Source: an uncultured Gemmatimonadales bacterium
GTDB lineage: Bacteria; Gemmatimonadota; Gemmatimonadetes; Longimicrobiales; Longimicrobiaceae
Direction of reading: 5' to 3'
Assembly: GCA_963716255.1 (NCBI GenBank)
Contig: OY970303.1
Coordinates: 1,152,001-1,216,000, forward strand
DNA: 64,000 nucleotides
The notes under the pieces are model-generated. The model had not been told where the DNA came from, made no database searches, and saw only the letters and a program-made list of their open reading frames with translations. The translations under genes and the position numbers were made by a program. Below are positions 1 to 22,200 of this stretch, piece after piece. Position 1 is the first letter of the stretch, and the number at the start of each line of letters is the position of its first letter.

Positions 1-10270
<10,270 letters not shown>

Positions 10271-10298
10271 GTGCGGCTTCGTTGAAGGTTGTATCGTT

Positions 10299-13200
10299 CT
10301 ACTCTGCTGCCGGAGCGGAACCCGGATCCGCGTCCGGAGGAGACAGCCGACCCAGGTGATCGGCCAGCTCCCCGGCGTCGAGGCCCTGGATCAGCTGCTC
10401 CTCCACCGTCCTGGCCAGGACCTCCACCGTGGGCGTTTCGAACAGGGCCCTCAGCGGCACCTCCACCCCGAGCGTCCGCCGCACCCGCGCGATCACCTGC
10501 GTGGCCAGGATCGAGTGACCCCCCAGCTCGAAGAAGCTTTCCGTCGCCCCCACTCGCTCCAGCCCCAGCACCTCCGCCCAGATCCCCGCCAGCAGCTCCT
10601 CCATCGCCGTCCGCGGCGCCACGTATGCGTCCGTGTCGCGCTCCGGCTCGGGGAGCGCGCGCCGGTCGATCTTGCCGTTGGCGGTCACCGGCAGCCGCTC
10701 CAGCACCACGAACGCGCCCGGCACCATGTACTCCGGCACCTGCTTCGCCACGTGGGTCCGCAGCTCCGCCGCGGTGAGCTCCGCCCCCGCTTCCGCCGTC
10801 ACGTACGCCACCAGCCGCTGCTGCCCCGGCACGTCCTCCCGCAGCAGCACGATGGCCTCCTTCACCTGCCTATGGCCGCGCAGGGTCGCCTCGATCTCCC
10901 CCAGCTCCACCCGGTAGCCCCGCACCTTGACCTGGTGGTCCGTACGGCCCAGGAAATCGATCTCCCCGTCCGTCCGCCTGCGCCCCACGTCGCCGGTGCG
11001 GTACAGGCGCGCTCCCGCGATCCCGCGGTGCGGGTCCGGGAGGAAGCGCTCCGCCGTCAGGTCGGGCCGGCCCAGGTAGCCCCGCATGACCCCCACGCCG
11101 CCGATGTACAGCTCCCCCGGCACGCCCACCGGCACCGGCTCCAGCTGCGCGTCCAGCACGTACAGCTGCGTGTTCGCCACCGCCCGCCCGATCGGCGGGT
11201 CTCCGCCCTCCCACGAGTACGGGCTGGAGGTCATGCGGATCCCCGCCTCCGTCGCTCCGTAGCCGTTGAAGAAGCGCCGCCCCTCGGCGGTCCAGCGGCG
11301 CACCAGCTCCGCCGCCAGCACCTCGCCCCCGGTGACGATGACCTTCAGCTCCGGCAGCGCCTCCACCGGCGTCACCGTCAGCGCCGAGGGCATGATCTTC
11401 AGGTGCGTGATCCGCTCCTCGCGGAGCGTCCGCAGCAGGTCCTCGCCCGGCATCTTCGCTTCGCGGCGGGCCAGCACCAGCTCCGCCCCGTTGCACAGCG
11501 CCGTGAAGATGTCCGCCACCGAGGCGTCGAAGAACAGCGGCGCGTACGCCAGGTTGCGCTCGCCGGGCGCGGCGCCGTAGACCCTGCCCAGCTCCAGGAA
11601 GGTGTTGCCCACGCCGCGGTGCTCGCACAGCACGCCCTTGGGGCGGCCCGTGGAGCCGGAGGTGTAGATGATGTAGGCCAGGTTGTCGGGGTCGACGCCG
11701 GTAGCCGGCGCCTCGTCGCTCTCGCGGGCGATGCGCCCGGCCTCGGCGTCGACCCGCAGGAGCGGCACGCCCCAGTCCTCCAGGCGCTCCGCCAGCGCGG
11801 ACTGCGTGAGCAGCAGCGCGGGGGCGGCGTCGCGCAGCACGTAGGCGCGCCGCTCGGCCGGCAGCTCGGGGTCCAGCGGCAGGTAGGCGCCGCCGGCCAG
11901 GAGCACGCCGAGGACGGCAACGACCATCTCCAGCGCCGGGTCCATGCAGATGCCCACGCGCACCTCGGGGCCGACGCCCTCGCGGCGCAGCCGGTTGGCG
12001 AGCTGGCACGAGCGCCGGAAGAGCTCGGCGTAGGTGAGGGAGTGCCCCTGGAAGCGCAGGGCGGGGGCGTCGGGGGTGCGCAGCACCTGGGCGCGCACCA
12101 GCTCGTGGATGCACAGCTCGCCGGTGTAGCCGGCGTCGGCGCCGTTCCAGGCGTGCAGGAGGTGGGCGCGCTCGGGGCCGCGCAGGAGCGAGGTCTCGGA
12201 CAGGCGCCGCTGCGGGTGCGAGGCCATGGCCCCCAGCAGCGTCTCCAGGTGCCCCACCATGCGGGCGGCCGTGTCCGCCTCGAACAGGCCCGCCCGGTAG
12301 AGCAGCGTCCCGCCGATCTCCTCCTCCACGTCCACCATGTTCAGGCTCAGGTCGAACTTGGCGACGCGCTCGCCCTCGCCGAACGGCTCCAGCCGCACCG
12401 CGTCCAGCGACAGCTCCTCGCCCCGGCCGGGCCTCTGCAGCGCGAAGATCGCCTGGAAGACCGGGGTGTGCGTGAGGCTGCGCTCCACGCCCAGCTCGTC
12501 GATCAGGCGCTCGAAGGGGAGGTCCTGGTGGTCGAAGGCTCCCAGCGCGGTTTCCCGCACGCGCCCCAGCAGCTCCGTCCAGGTAGGGTCGCCGCCCAGG
12601 TCGGCGCGCAGGGCCAGCATGTTGACGAAGAAGCCGATCAGCCCCTCCGTCTCGCGCCGGTTCCGCCCCGCGATCGGGGTGCCCACGACCACGTCGTCCT
12701 GTCCCGAATACCTGGAGAGCAGCGACTGCCAGCCGGCGAGCAGCGTCATGAACAGCGTCGCGCCTTCGCGGCGCGACAGCTCGCGCAGCCCCCGCGCCAC
12801 CCCGGGCGCCAGGCGGAAGCCGTGACTCCCCGCGCGGGGAGCCTGGCCGCCGGAGCGCGGGCGGTCGGTGGGGACCTCCAGCAGCGGGGGCGCGCCCGCC
12901 ATCTGCGTCTTCCAGAAGCCGATCTGCGCTTCCAGCACCTCGCCGCTCAGCCACTCCCGCTGCCAGACCGCGTAGTCCGCGTACTGCACCGGCAGCTCCG
13001 GCAGGGCCGGCTCCTCGCCGCGGACGGAGGCGGCGTACAGCTCCGACACCTCGCGCACCAGCACCTGCATGCTCCACCCGTCGCTGACCACGTGGTGAAG
13101 CGTGAACAGCAGCACGTGGTCGTCCTCCGCCAGGCGAAGCAGCATGCTCCGCAGCAGCGGCCCGCGCGCCAGGTCGAAGGGCCGCAGCGCCTCCCCCACG

Positions 13201-16200
13201 GCCAGGCGCTCGGCCTCCGCCTCGCGCTCCGCTTCCGGCAGGTCCCGCAGGTCCTGCGCGGGCAGCGGAACCGGGGCGGGCGGGTGGATGACCTGCACGG
13301 GCCCGCCGCCCTGCTCCGCGAACGTGGTGCGCAGCGTCTCGTGCCGCGCGACCAGCGCGTCCAGGCTGGCCCGCAGCGCGTCCGTGTCCAGCCCGCCGCG
13401 CAGCCGCAGGGCGTAGGACAGGTTGTAGGCGAGGTTGCCCGGGTCCAGCCGGTCCACCAGCCAGAGCCGCTGCTGCGCGAAGGACAGCGGCAGCGCGCGC
13501 CCCGCCTCGCGGGGGATCCGCTCGATGGGCGGCGCCGGCGGGCCACCGGCGCTCCGCAGGCTCTCGATGCGCCCGGCCAGCGCGGCCACCGTGGGCGCCT
13601 CGAAGAGCGCCCGCAGCGGCACCTCCACCCCGAACGCCTGCCGCGCGCGAGAGATCACCTGCGTCGCCAGCAGCGAGTGCCCGCCCAGGTCGAAGAACCC
13701 GTCCTCCACCCCCACCCGGTCACGGTGGAGCACCTCGGCCCAGATGGCGGCCAGCACCTCCTCGGCCGGCGTGCGCGGCGCCGTGTAGCCCTCGCCCGCC
13801 GCACGCTCCGGCGCCGGCAGCGCCCGCCGGTCCACCTTGCCGTTGGCGTTCAGCGGGAGGTGGTCGAGCACCACGTACGCCGAGGGCAGCATGTACCCCG
13901 GCAGCCGCGCCGACAGGTGCTCCCGCAGCGCGCCGCCGGAAACCTCCATGCCCGCCTCGGCGACCACGTACGCCACCAGCCGCTTGTCGCCCGGCTCGTC
14001 CTCCCGCACGATGGCCCGGGCCTGCCGCACGCCCGGGCACGCCGCCAGCGCGCTCTCCACCTCGCCCATCTCGATGCGGAAGCCGCGCAGCTTCACCTGT
14101 TCGTCCAGGCGACCCAGGAACTCCAGCCTGCCGTCCGCCCCCCACCGCGCGCGGTCCCCCGTGCGGTACATCCGGGTGCCCGCGTGGGCGGCGAACGGGT
14201 CGGGGACGAACCGGTCTGCCGTCAGCTCCGGCCGGCCCAGGTAGCCGCGCACCACCCCCGCCCCGCCCACGCACAGCTCGCCCGCCACCCCCACCGGCAC
14301 CGGCTCCAGCTCCACGTCCAGCACGTACGCCCGCGCGTTGGGGATCGGCCGCCCGATGGAGACCGTGGCCGCGCCCTCGGCCACCTCCTCCACCACCTCC
14401 AGCGTGCACCACACCGTGGCTTCGGTGGGGCCGTACTCGTGAAGCACGCGCCCGGGCCTGCCCTCGCGCAGCATCCGCCGCACCCCCTCCGTGCCCACCG
14501 CCTCCGCCCCGAAGACCAGCTGGCGCAGGCTCGCGTACACGTCCACCTGCGCGCGCACGTGCTGGTGGAAGAGCGCCGCCGTCTGGTACAGGTGCGTGAC
14601 CCGCTGCTCGCGCAGCGCGCGGCCGAGCGACGGCGTGGACAGGAGCACGTCGCGGTCGATCCCCACCAGCGTGGCCCCGTTCAGCAGCGCGCCCCAGATC
14701 TCGAAGACCGCCGCGTCGAAGCTGGCGTTCGACGCCTGCCCCACCCGGTCGCCCGGGCCCAGCGGCATGGTCCCGGGGAGGCACACCGCGTACTGCACCA
14801 CCTCGCCGTGGGCCATCATCACGCCCTTGGGACGGCCGGTGCTCCCGCTGGTGTAGAACACGTACGCCAGGTTCCCGGCCGCCGCCCCGCTCCGCGGCGG
14901 GTCGGCGGGCCCGGCGGCGAGCACGTCCGCCACGCGGTCCAGGCCGACCACGTGGAGCCCCGCGTCCGCGAGCGGAGCCGACAGCACGCCCCGGCTCACC
15001 AGCACGCGCGCGGCGGAGTCGTCCAGCATCATGCGCACGCGCTCCGGCGGATAGGCGGGGTCCACGGGGACGCAGCAGCCGCCGGCCTTCATCACCGCCA
15101 GGGTGGCGACGACCATCTCCGGGCCGTGCTCCAGCAGCACGCCCACGCGCGCCTCCGGACCGACGCCGAGCCCCACCAGGTGGTGGGCGAGACGGTTGGC
15201 CCGCGCGTCCAGCTCGCGGTAGCTCAGCTCCTCGCCCCACGACAGCGCGGGGGAGTCGGGGGCGCGCTCGACCCGCGCCGCGAACAGGTCGTGGAGGGTG
15301 GCGTCGCGCGGGAAATCCCGCTCCGTCCGGTTCCACTCGCCCACCACCTGCGCGCGCTCCGCCCCGGAAAGCAGCGACAGCTGCGAGATGGGCGCGTCCG
15401 GGTGGGCCGCCATGGCCTCCAGCGTCGCCTCCAGGTGCCCAGTCATGCGCGCGATCGTTTCCGCGTCGAAGAGCACCGCGAGGTAGACGAGCGCGCCCGC
15501 CAGCGGCCCGCCGTCGTCCACGACGCTCAGCTCCAGCTCGAAGGTGGCGTCGTGCCCGCCCACACCGAACGGCTCCAGCCCCAGCCCGCCCAGGCGCAGC
15601 CGCTCGTCCGTCCCCCCGGCGCGCTCCAGCGCGAAGATCGCCTGGAAGAGCGGGCTGTGGGTGAGGCTGCGCTCCACGCCCAGCTCGTCGACCAGCCGCT
15701 CGAAGGGCAGCTCCTGGTGGTCGTACGCGCCCAGCGCCGTCGCCCGCACCCGGCGCAGCAGCGCGCTCCAGGTGGGATCGCCGCCCAGGTCGGCGCGCAG
15801 GGCCAGCATGTTGACGAAGAAGCCGATCAGCCCCTCCGTCTCCCGCCGGGTCCGCCCCGCGATGGGGGTGCCCACCACCACGTCCTCCTGGCCCGCGTAG
15901 CGGCCCAGCAGGGCCTGCCAGGCGGCGAGGACGGTCATGAACAGCGTGGCCCCCTCGCGCCGCGAGAGCGTCCGCAGCCCTTCCGTCGTACCGGCCGGGA
16001 GCATGAAGTGATGGCTCCCGCCGCGCGTGCCCGCCACCGCGGAGCGGGGGCGGTCGGTGTGGATCTCCAGCAGCGGGGGAGCGCCGCCCAGCTTGTCCTT
16101 CCAGTAAGCGATCTGCTCGTCCAGCACCGCCCCGCTGAACCAGCTCCGCTGCCAGACGGCGAAGTCGGCATACTGCACCGGGAGCTCGGGAAGCCGCGGC

Positions 16201-19200
16201 GACGCGCCCCGGCTTAGGGCGTCGTACAGCGCCGACACCTCGCGCACCAGCACCTGCATGCTCCACGCGTCGCTGACCACGTGGTGGAGCGTGAAGCACA
16301 GCACGTGGTCGTCCTCGCCGAGCCGGAGCAGGGTGCTCCGCAGAAGCGGCCCCTGCGCCAGGTCGAAGGGCAGCATCGCCTCCGCGGCGGCCAGCCGCCG
16401 CGCCCGGGGCTCACGCTCCGCTTCCGGCAGATCCCGCAGGTCCAGCTCCCTGAGCTCCACGGGAGCGGGCGGGTGGATGACCTGCACGGGCCCGCCGCCC
16501 TGCTCGGCGAAGACCGTGCGCAGCGTCTCGTGCCGCCGAACCAGCGCGTCCAGACTGGCCCGCAACGCCGCCACCTGCGGCACGCCGCGCAGGCGCAGCG
16601 CGAAGGGCATGTTGTAGGCGGTGCTCCCCGGCTCCAGCCGGTCCACCACCCACAGCCGCTGCTGTGCGAAGGAGAGCGGCAGCGGCGCCTCGCGGGAAAC
16701 GCGCTCCATCGGCGGAGCGGCCGGGGCGGACGAGCCCCGCAGGCCGTCCACGAGCCCGGCCAGCGCGGCCACGGTGGGCGCCTCGAAGAGCGCGAGCAGC
16801 GGGATCTCCACCCCGAGCGCCTGCCGCACCCGCGAGATCACCTGGGTCGCCAGCAGCGAGTGGCCTCCGCGCTCGAAGAAGTTGTCCAGGGTACCCACCC
16901 GCTCCGCCCTCAGCACCTCCGCCCAGATCCCCGCCAGGACCTCTTCCGCGGCGGTGCGCGGCGCCACGTACCCCGCCGCGGCGTCCTGCTCCGGCGCGGG
17001 CAGCGCGCGCCGGTCGACCTTGTCGTTGGCGTTGCGAGGCAGCTTCTCCAGCACCACGAAGGCGCCCGGCACCATGTGCTCGGGGAGACGGGCGGCCAGG
17101 TGCGCCCGCAGCAGCCCCGGCAGGTGCGGCTTCGCCGCTTCCCGCACCGGGATTCCCTCCCCCGCGAAGAGCCGCCGGTAGAACGGCGTCGCCCGGAACA
17201 CCTCCACGTGGTGCGCGGAGTCGAACTCGAACGGCACCTCCTCCCCCGAGCCGCGCGCCAGCACCCCGCGCACCGAGTAGTTCGGTGCCACCTTGGTGGG
17301 GTGCAGGTCCCCCCTGCACTCCACGACCAGCCGGTCGCCCGGCTCCACCTCCACCCCCGGGTCGAAGAGCGGGAAGTAGATCGGGAACCACGCCGTCTCC
17401 TCCTCCGCCATGTCCAGGATCTCGCCTTCGGACAGCTCCATCCGCAGCCACAGCACCAGCCCGTCCAGCCGCCCCGCCCGTTCCACCGCCAGCTCCTCCA
17501 CCCGCACGTACGCCTCCGGCACGGGGCTCCGGTTGAAGTCCACCTCCTCGAAGACGCCCACGTCCGTGAGCCGGTTCTGCCAGGGGAAGTCCTTGATGGA
17601 GAGCCGCACGTCGCAGGGGTGGCCCACCTCTTCCCAGATCCGCTCCATGTAGTGCGCCCCGCTGCGCGAAAACGCCGGTGCGCGCCGGATCGACTCCGGC
17701 AGGCTCGCCGCGGCCATGCACGTCTGGGTGAGCCCCGGGATCATCACGGCGCCGGGGGCCATCAGGCGCTGCACCCCGTTGAGGATGTGGGCCGCGCCCT
17801 CGCCCCCCGCGATCGCCTCCACGATCTCCGAGACGCACACGTCGGCCAGCTCCGGAAGCTCGACGGTGCGGGCGTCGGAGTGGATGACGGTGATGCGGTC
17901 CTCCAGCCCCAGCTCGCGGATGCGGGCGCGGGCGGCCAGGAAGGAGCGCTCCAGCAGCTCCACCGCGTACACGTGGCGCGCCCCCGCCTGCACGGCCAGG
18001 CGGGCGAGGATGGCGTCCATGCCGGTGCCCACGTCCAGGACCACCTTGCCGGGGGCGTGGCGCTGGAGCGCGCGCAGGTAGCGGGCGTTGCGCAGGGTGT
18101 CGTGCGTCAGCCCCTGGTAGATCATCTCGTCGAAGACGTGGTACTCGCCGATGGAGGGCCACAGCTCGGCGCTGCTCTCCGGCTCGGGCACCACGTAGGC
18201 GACCAGGCGCTTCTGGGCGGGCGCGCCGACGGCGGCATCCTCGCGCACGGCGACGACCGCCTCGCGCACGAAGTCGTTCTCCAGGAGCGCGGCCTCCACC
18301 TCGCCCAGCTCGATGCGGAAGCCGCGGATCTTGACCTGGCTGTCGATGCGGCCCAGGAACTCCAGCTCCCCGTCCGCGCGCCGCCGCACCCGGTCGCCCG
18401 TTCGGTACAGGCGCGCGCCGGCACGGTCCGAGAACGGGTCCGGCACGAACTTCTCGGCCGTCACGTCGGCACGGCCCAGGTAGCCGCGCGCCACCCCCGC
18501 CCCCGCCAGGCGCAGCTCGCCCGCGATCCCCATCGGCAGCAGGCTGCCCCCGGCGTCGCACACGTACATCCCCACCCCCGGCAGCGGACGCCCCACCATC
18601 TGCCAGTCGTAGCGGCTCCCCCGCCGCAGCGGCGTCCCCGAGCTGATCATGGTGTTCTCGGTGGGGCCGTACATCGCCCACACCTGCGCCGCCGGGAAGG
18701 CCACCTGCACCTGCTCCAGCAGGTCGGGCGCGATGGCGTCGCCGCCGATGAACACCCCGCGTATCCGCGGCAGCGTCCCCGGCCCGGCCTGCACGCGCGC
18801 GACCACCTCACGCATCAGCGCCGGCACCGCGTGCACGCCGTCGGTCCCGGCCAGCTCCTCCACCAGGCGCTCCACGTCGCGCACCGTCTCCTGCGGGAGC
18901 AGCCGCACCTTTCCCCCGGCCAGCAGCGGCGCGAAGACCTCGAAGGTCCAGATGTCGAACGCGTAGCTGGCCATCCCCGGGAACACGTCCCCGGCGGCAA
19001 AGCCGAAGGTGTCGCGCGTGGCGAGCAGCGTGCTCACCAGGCTGGCGTGCTCCACGACCACGCCCTTGGGCCGGCCCGTGGAGCCGGAGGTGTAGATGAC
19101 GTACGCCGCGTTGTGGACACTGGCGCCGCTCGCGGGCGCCTCGTCCGATCCGGCGGCGATCGCCTCACGGTCCGCGTCCAGGCGGACGACCGCCCCCGCG

Positions 19201-22200
19201 AAGGGGGGGAGCGCGTCCGCCAGCCCGCCCTGCGACAGCAGCAGCCTGGCGCCGGAGTCGGACAGCGTGTAGGCCAGGCGCTCGGCGGGGTAGTCCGGGT
19301 CCAGCGGCACGTAGGCGCCGCCGGCCTTGAGCACACCGAGGATGCCCACCACCATCTGCGGCCCGCGCTCCAGGCAGACCGCGACGCGGGCCTCCGGCCC
19401 CACACCGTGCGCGCGCAGCCGGTGCGCGAGCCGGTTGGAGCGCCGCTCCAGCTCGCCGTAGCTCAGCGTCTCGCCGCCGAAGGAGACCGCCGTCAGATCG
19501 GGCGTGCGCGCGGCCTGGGCCGAGAACAGCTCGTGCACGCACGCCGGCGCATGGCCCAGGGATGCCGCGCTGGATCCGGCCAGCAGCTGCGCCCGCTCGC
19601 TCTCGCGCAGCAGCGACAACTCCGAGAGGCGCCCCAGCGGGTCGGCCGCCATCGCCGCGAGCAGGGTCTCCAGGTGCCCCGCCATGCGCTCGATGGTGGC
19701 TGCCTCGAAGAGCGCCGGACGGTAGACGAGCCCCCCGTCCAGCACGTCCGTGAAGTCGGTGAAGACCAGGTCCAGGTCGAACCTGGCGATCCGCTCGCCT
19801 CCCCCGAACGGCTCCAGCACGACCTCGCCCAGCCGCAGCCGCTCGTCGCCTCCATCGGACCGGTTCAGCGCAAAGGCGGTCTGGAAGACCGGGGTGTGCG
19901 TGAGGCTGCGCTCCACGTTCAGCTCGCCCAGCAGGCGCTCGAAGGGCAGCTCCTGGTGGGCGTACGCCCCCAGCGCCGCTTCCCGCACCCGCCCCAGCAA
20001 TTCGCTCCACGTGGGGTCCCCGCCCAGGTCGGCGCGCAGGGCGAGCATGTTCACGAAGAAGCCGATGAGCCCCTCGGTCTCGCGCCGGGTCCGCCCCGCG
20101 ATGGGGCTGCCCACGACCACGTCGTCCTGGTCGGCGTACCTGGCAAGCAGCGCCTGCCAGCCGGCGAGCAGGGTCATGAACAGCGTCGTCCCCTCGCGCC
20201 GCGAGAGCGCCCGCAGCCCCTGCGAGATCTCGGGCGACAGGCGGAAGCCGTGGCCCGCCGCGCGCGGGCTCTGCCCCACGGCCCGCGGGCGGTCGACCGG
20301 GATCTCCAGCAGCGGGGGGGCGCCGGCCAGGCGCTCCCGCCAGAAGCCGATCTCCTCTTCGAGCACCTCGCCGCTCAGCCACTCGCGCTGCCAGACGGAG
20401 AAGTCCGCGTACTGCACCGGCAGCTCCGGGAGCCCTGGTGCATCCCCCCGGGTGAAGGCGCCGTAGAGCTCGGACACCTCGCGGACGAGAACGCCGCGGC
20501 TCCACCCGTCGCTGACGATGTGGTGCAGCGTGAAGCACAGCACGTGGTCGTCGTCTGCCAGGCGCAGCAGCGTGCAGCGCAGCAGCGGCCCGCGCGCCAG
20601 GTCGAAGGGCAGCATCGCCTCCGCCGCGGCGAGCCGTTCCGCCTCGGCCTCGCGCTGCGGCTCCGGCAGGCCGCGCAGGTCCAGGGCCGGCAGCGCCACC
20701 GGCACGGGCGGCTGGACGACCTGCGCCGGCTCGCCCTGCTCGGTGAAGACCGTGCGCAGCGTCTCGTGCCGCCGCACCAGCGCGTCCAGACTGGCCCGCA
20801 GCGCACCGGTGTCCAGCGCGCCGCGAAGCCGGAGCACGTACGGCAGATTGTAGGTGGGGTTTCCCGGCTCCATCCGGTCCACCAGCCAGAGCCGCTGCTG
20901 CGCGAACGACAGGGGCAGCGGCTCCGCCCGCGAGACCCGCTCGATGGGCGGCGCGACTCCGGCGCCGGCGCTCCGCAGCGTCTCGATGCGCCCGGCCAGC
21001 CCCTCCAGGGTGGGCGCCTCGAACAGGGCGCGCAGCGGCACCTCCACCCCGAACGCCTCCCGCACCCGCGCCATCACCCGCGTCGCCAGCAGCGAGTGCC
21101 CGCCCAGCGCGAAGAAGTCGTCCCGCGCGCCGACGGCGTCCGTCATCCCCAGCACCTCCGCCCAGATCCCCGCCAGCACCTCCTCCGTCGGGGTCGCCGG
21201 CGCCACGTCGGCGGCGCGCTCCGCCCGCTCGGGCGCGGGGAGGGCCAGACGGTCGACCTTGCCGCTGGGGGTCAGGGGAAGCGTCTCCAGCGCGGCGAAC
21301 GCCGCCGGGACCATATACCCGGGGAGCCGCTCCCGCGCCCAGCTCCGCAGCGCCTCGGCGGGCGGCGCCTCCGCGCCTTCGGCCGCGACCACGTACCCCG
21401 CCAGCCAACGCTCGCCCCGGCCGTCCAGCTGCGCGGTGACCACGGCCTCGCGCACCGCCGGGTGGGCCCGCAGCACGGCCTCCACCTCGCCCAGCTCCAC
21501 GCGGAAGCCGCGCACCTTGACCTGGAAGTCGGCGCGCCCCACGAACTCCAGGGCGCCGTCCGGGAGCCGCCGCCCCAGGTCGCCGGTCCGGTAGCTGCGC
21601 AGGCCGCTCGCCGCGTCCTCCGCGAAGGCCGCCGCGGTCTGCTCGGGCTTGCGCCAGTAGCCGGGCGCCACGTGCGCGCTGCGGATCACCATCTCGCCCA
21701 CGCCGTACACCGCCACCTGCTCGCCCAGCGGGGTCTGCAGGACCACCTCGGTGTCCTCCACCGGGTGCCCCACGGGCACCGTGCCGCGCGGAAGGGGGGT
21801 GTCGTGGCGGATGTAGCTCTGGAGCGTGACCGTGGACTCGGTGGGCCCCAGGCCGTTGACCAGCACCGCCCCCGGCGCGAAGTGCGCGTGGAACGCCTCC
21901 ACGTCGCGCCGCTGGGTCTCCTCGCCGCCCAGCACCACCACGCGCACGTGCGGGAAGCGCTCCCCCTCCGGCAGCTCGGCCACCAGGTGGCGGAAGACGG
22001 TGGGGGTGGAGTGGTACAGGGTGATCCCCTCGCGCCGCATCCACTCGGCCACGCCGGCCGGGGCCTCTTCCCGCCAGTCGAAGGGCAGGAGCGCGGCGCC
22101 GTTGAGGAGCGCGCCGTACGTGGCCATGACCGCCGCGTCGAAGGTGTACGACGAGAACAGCGTCAGGCGGTCGTCGTGCCCGATGCGCAGGTTGTTGGTG

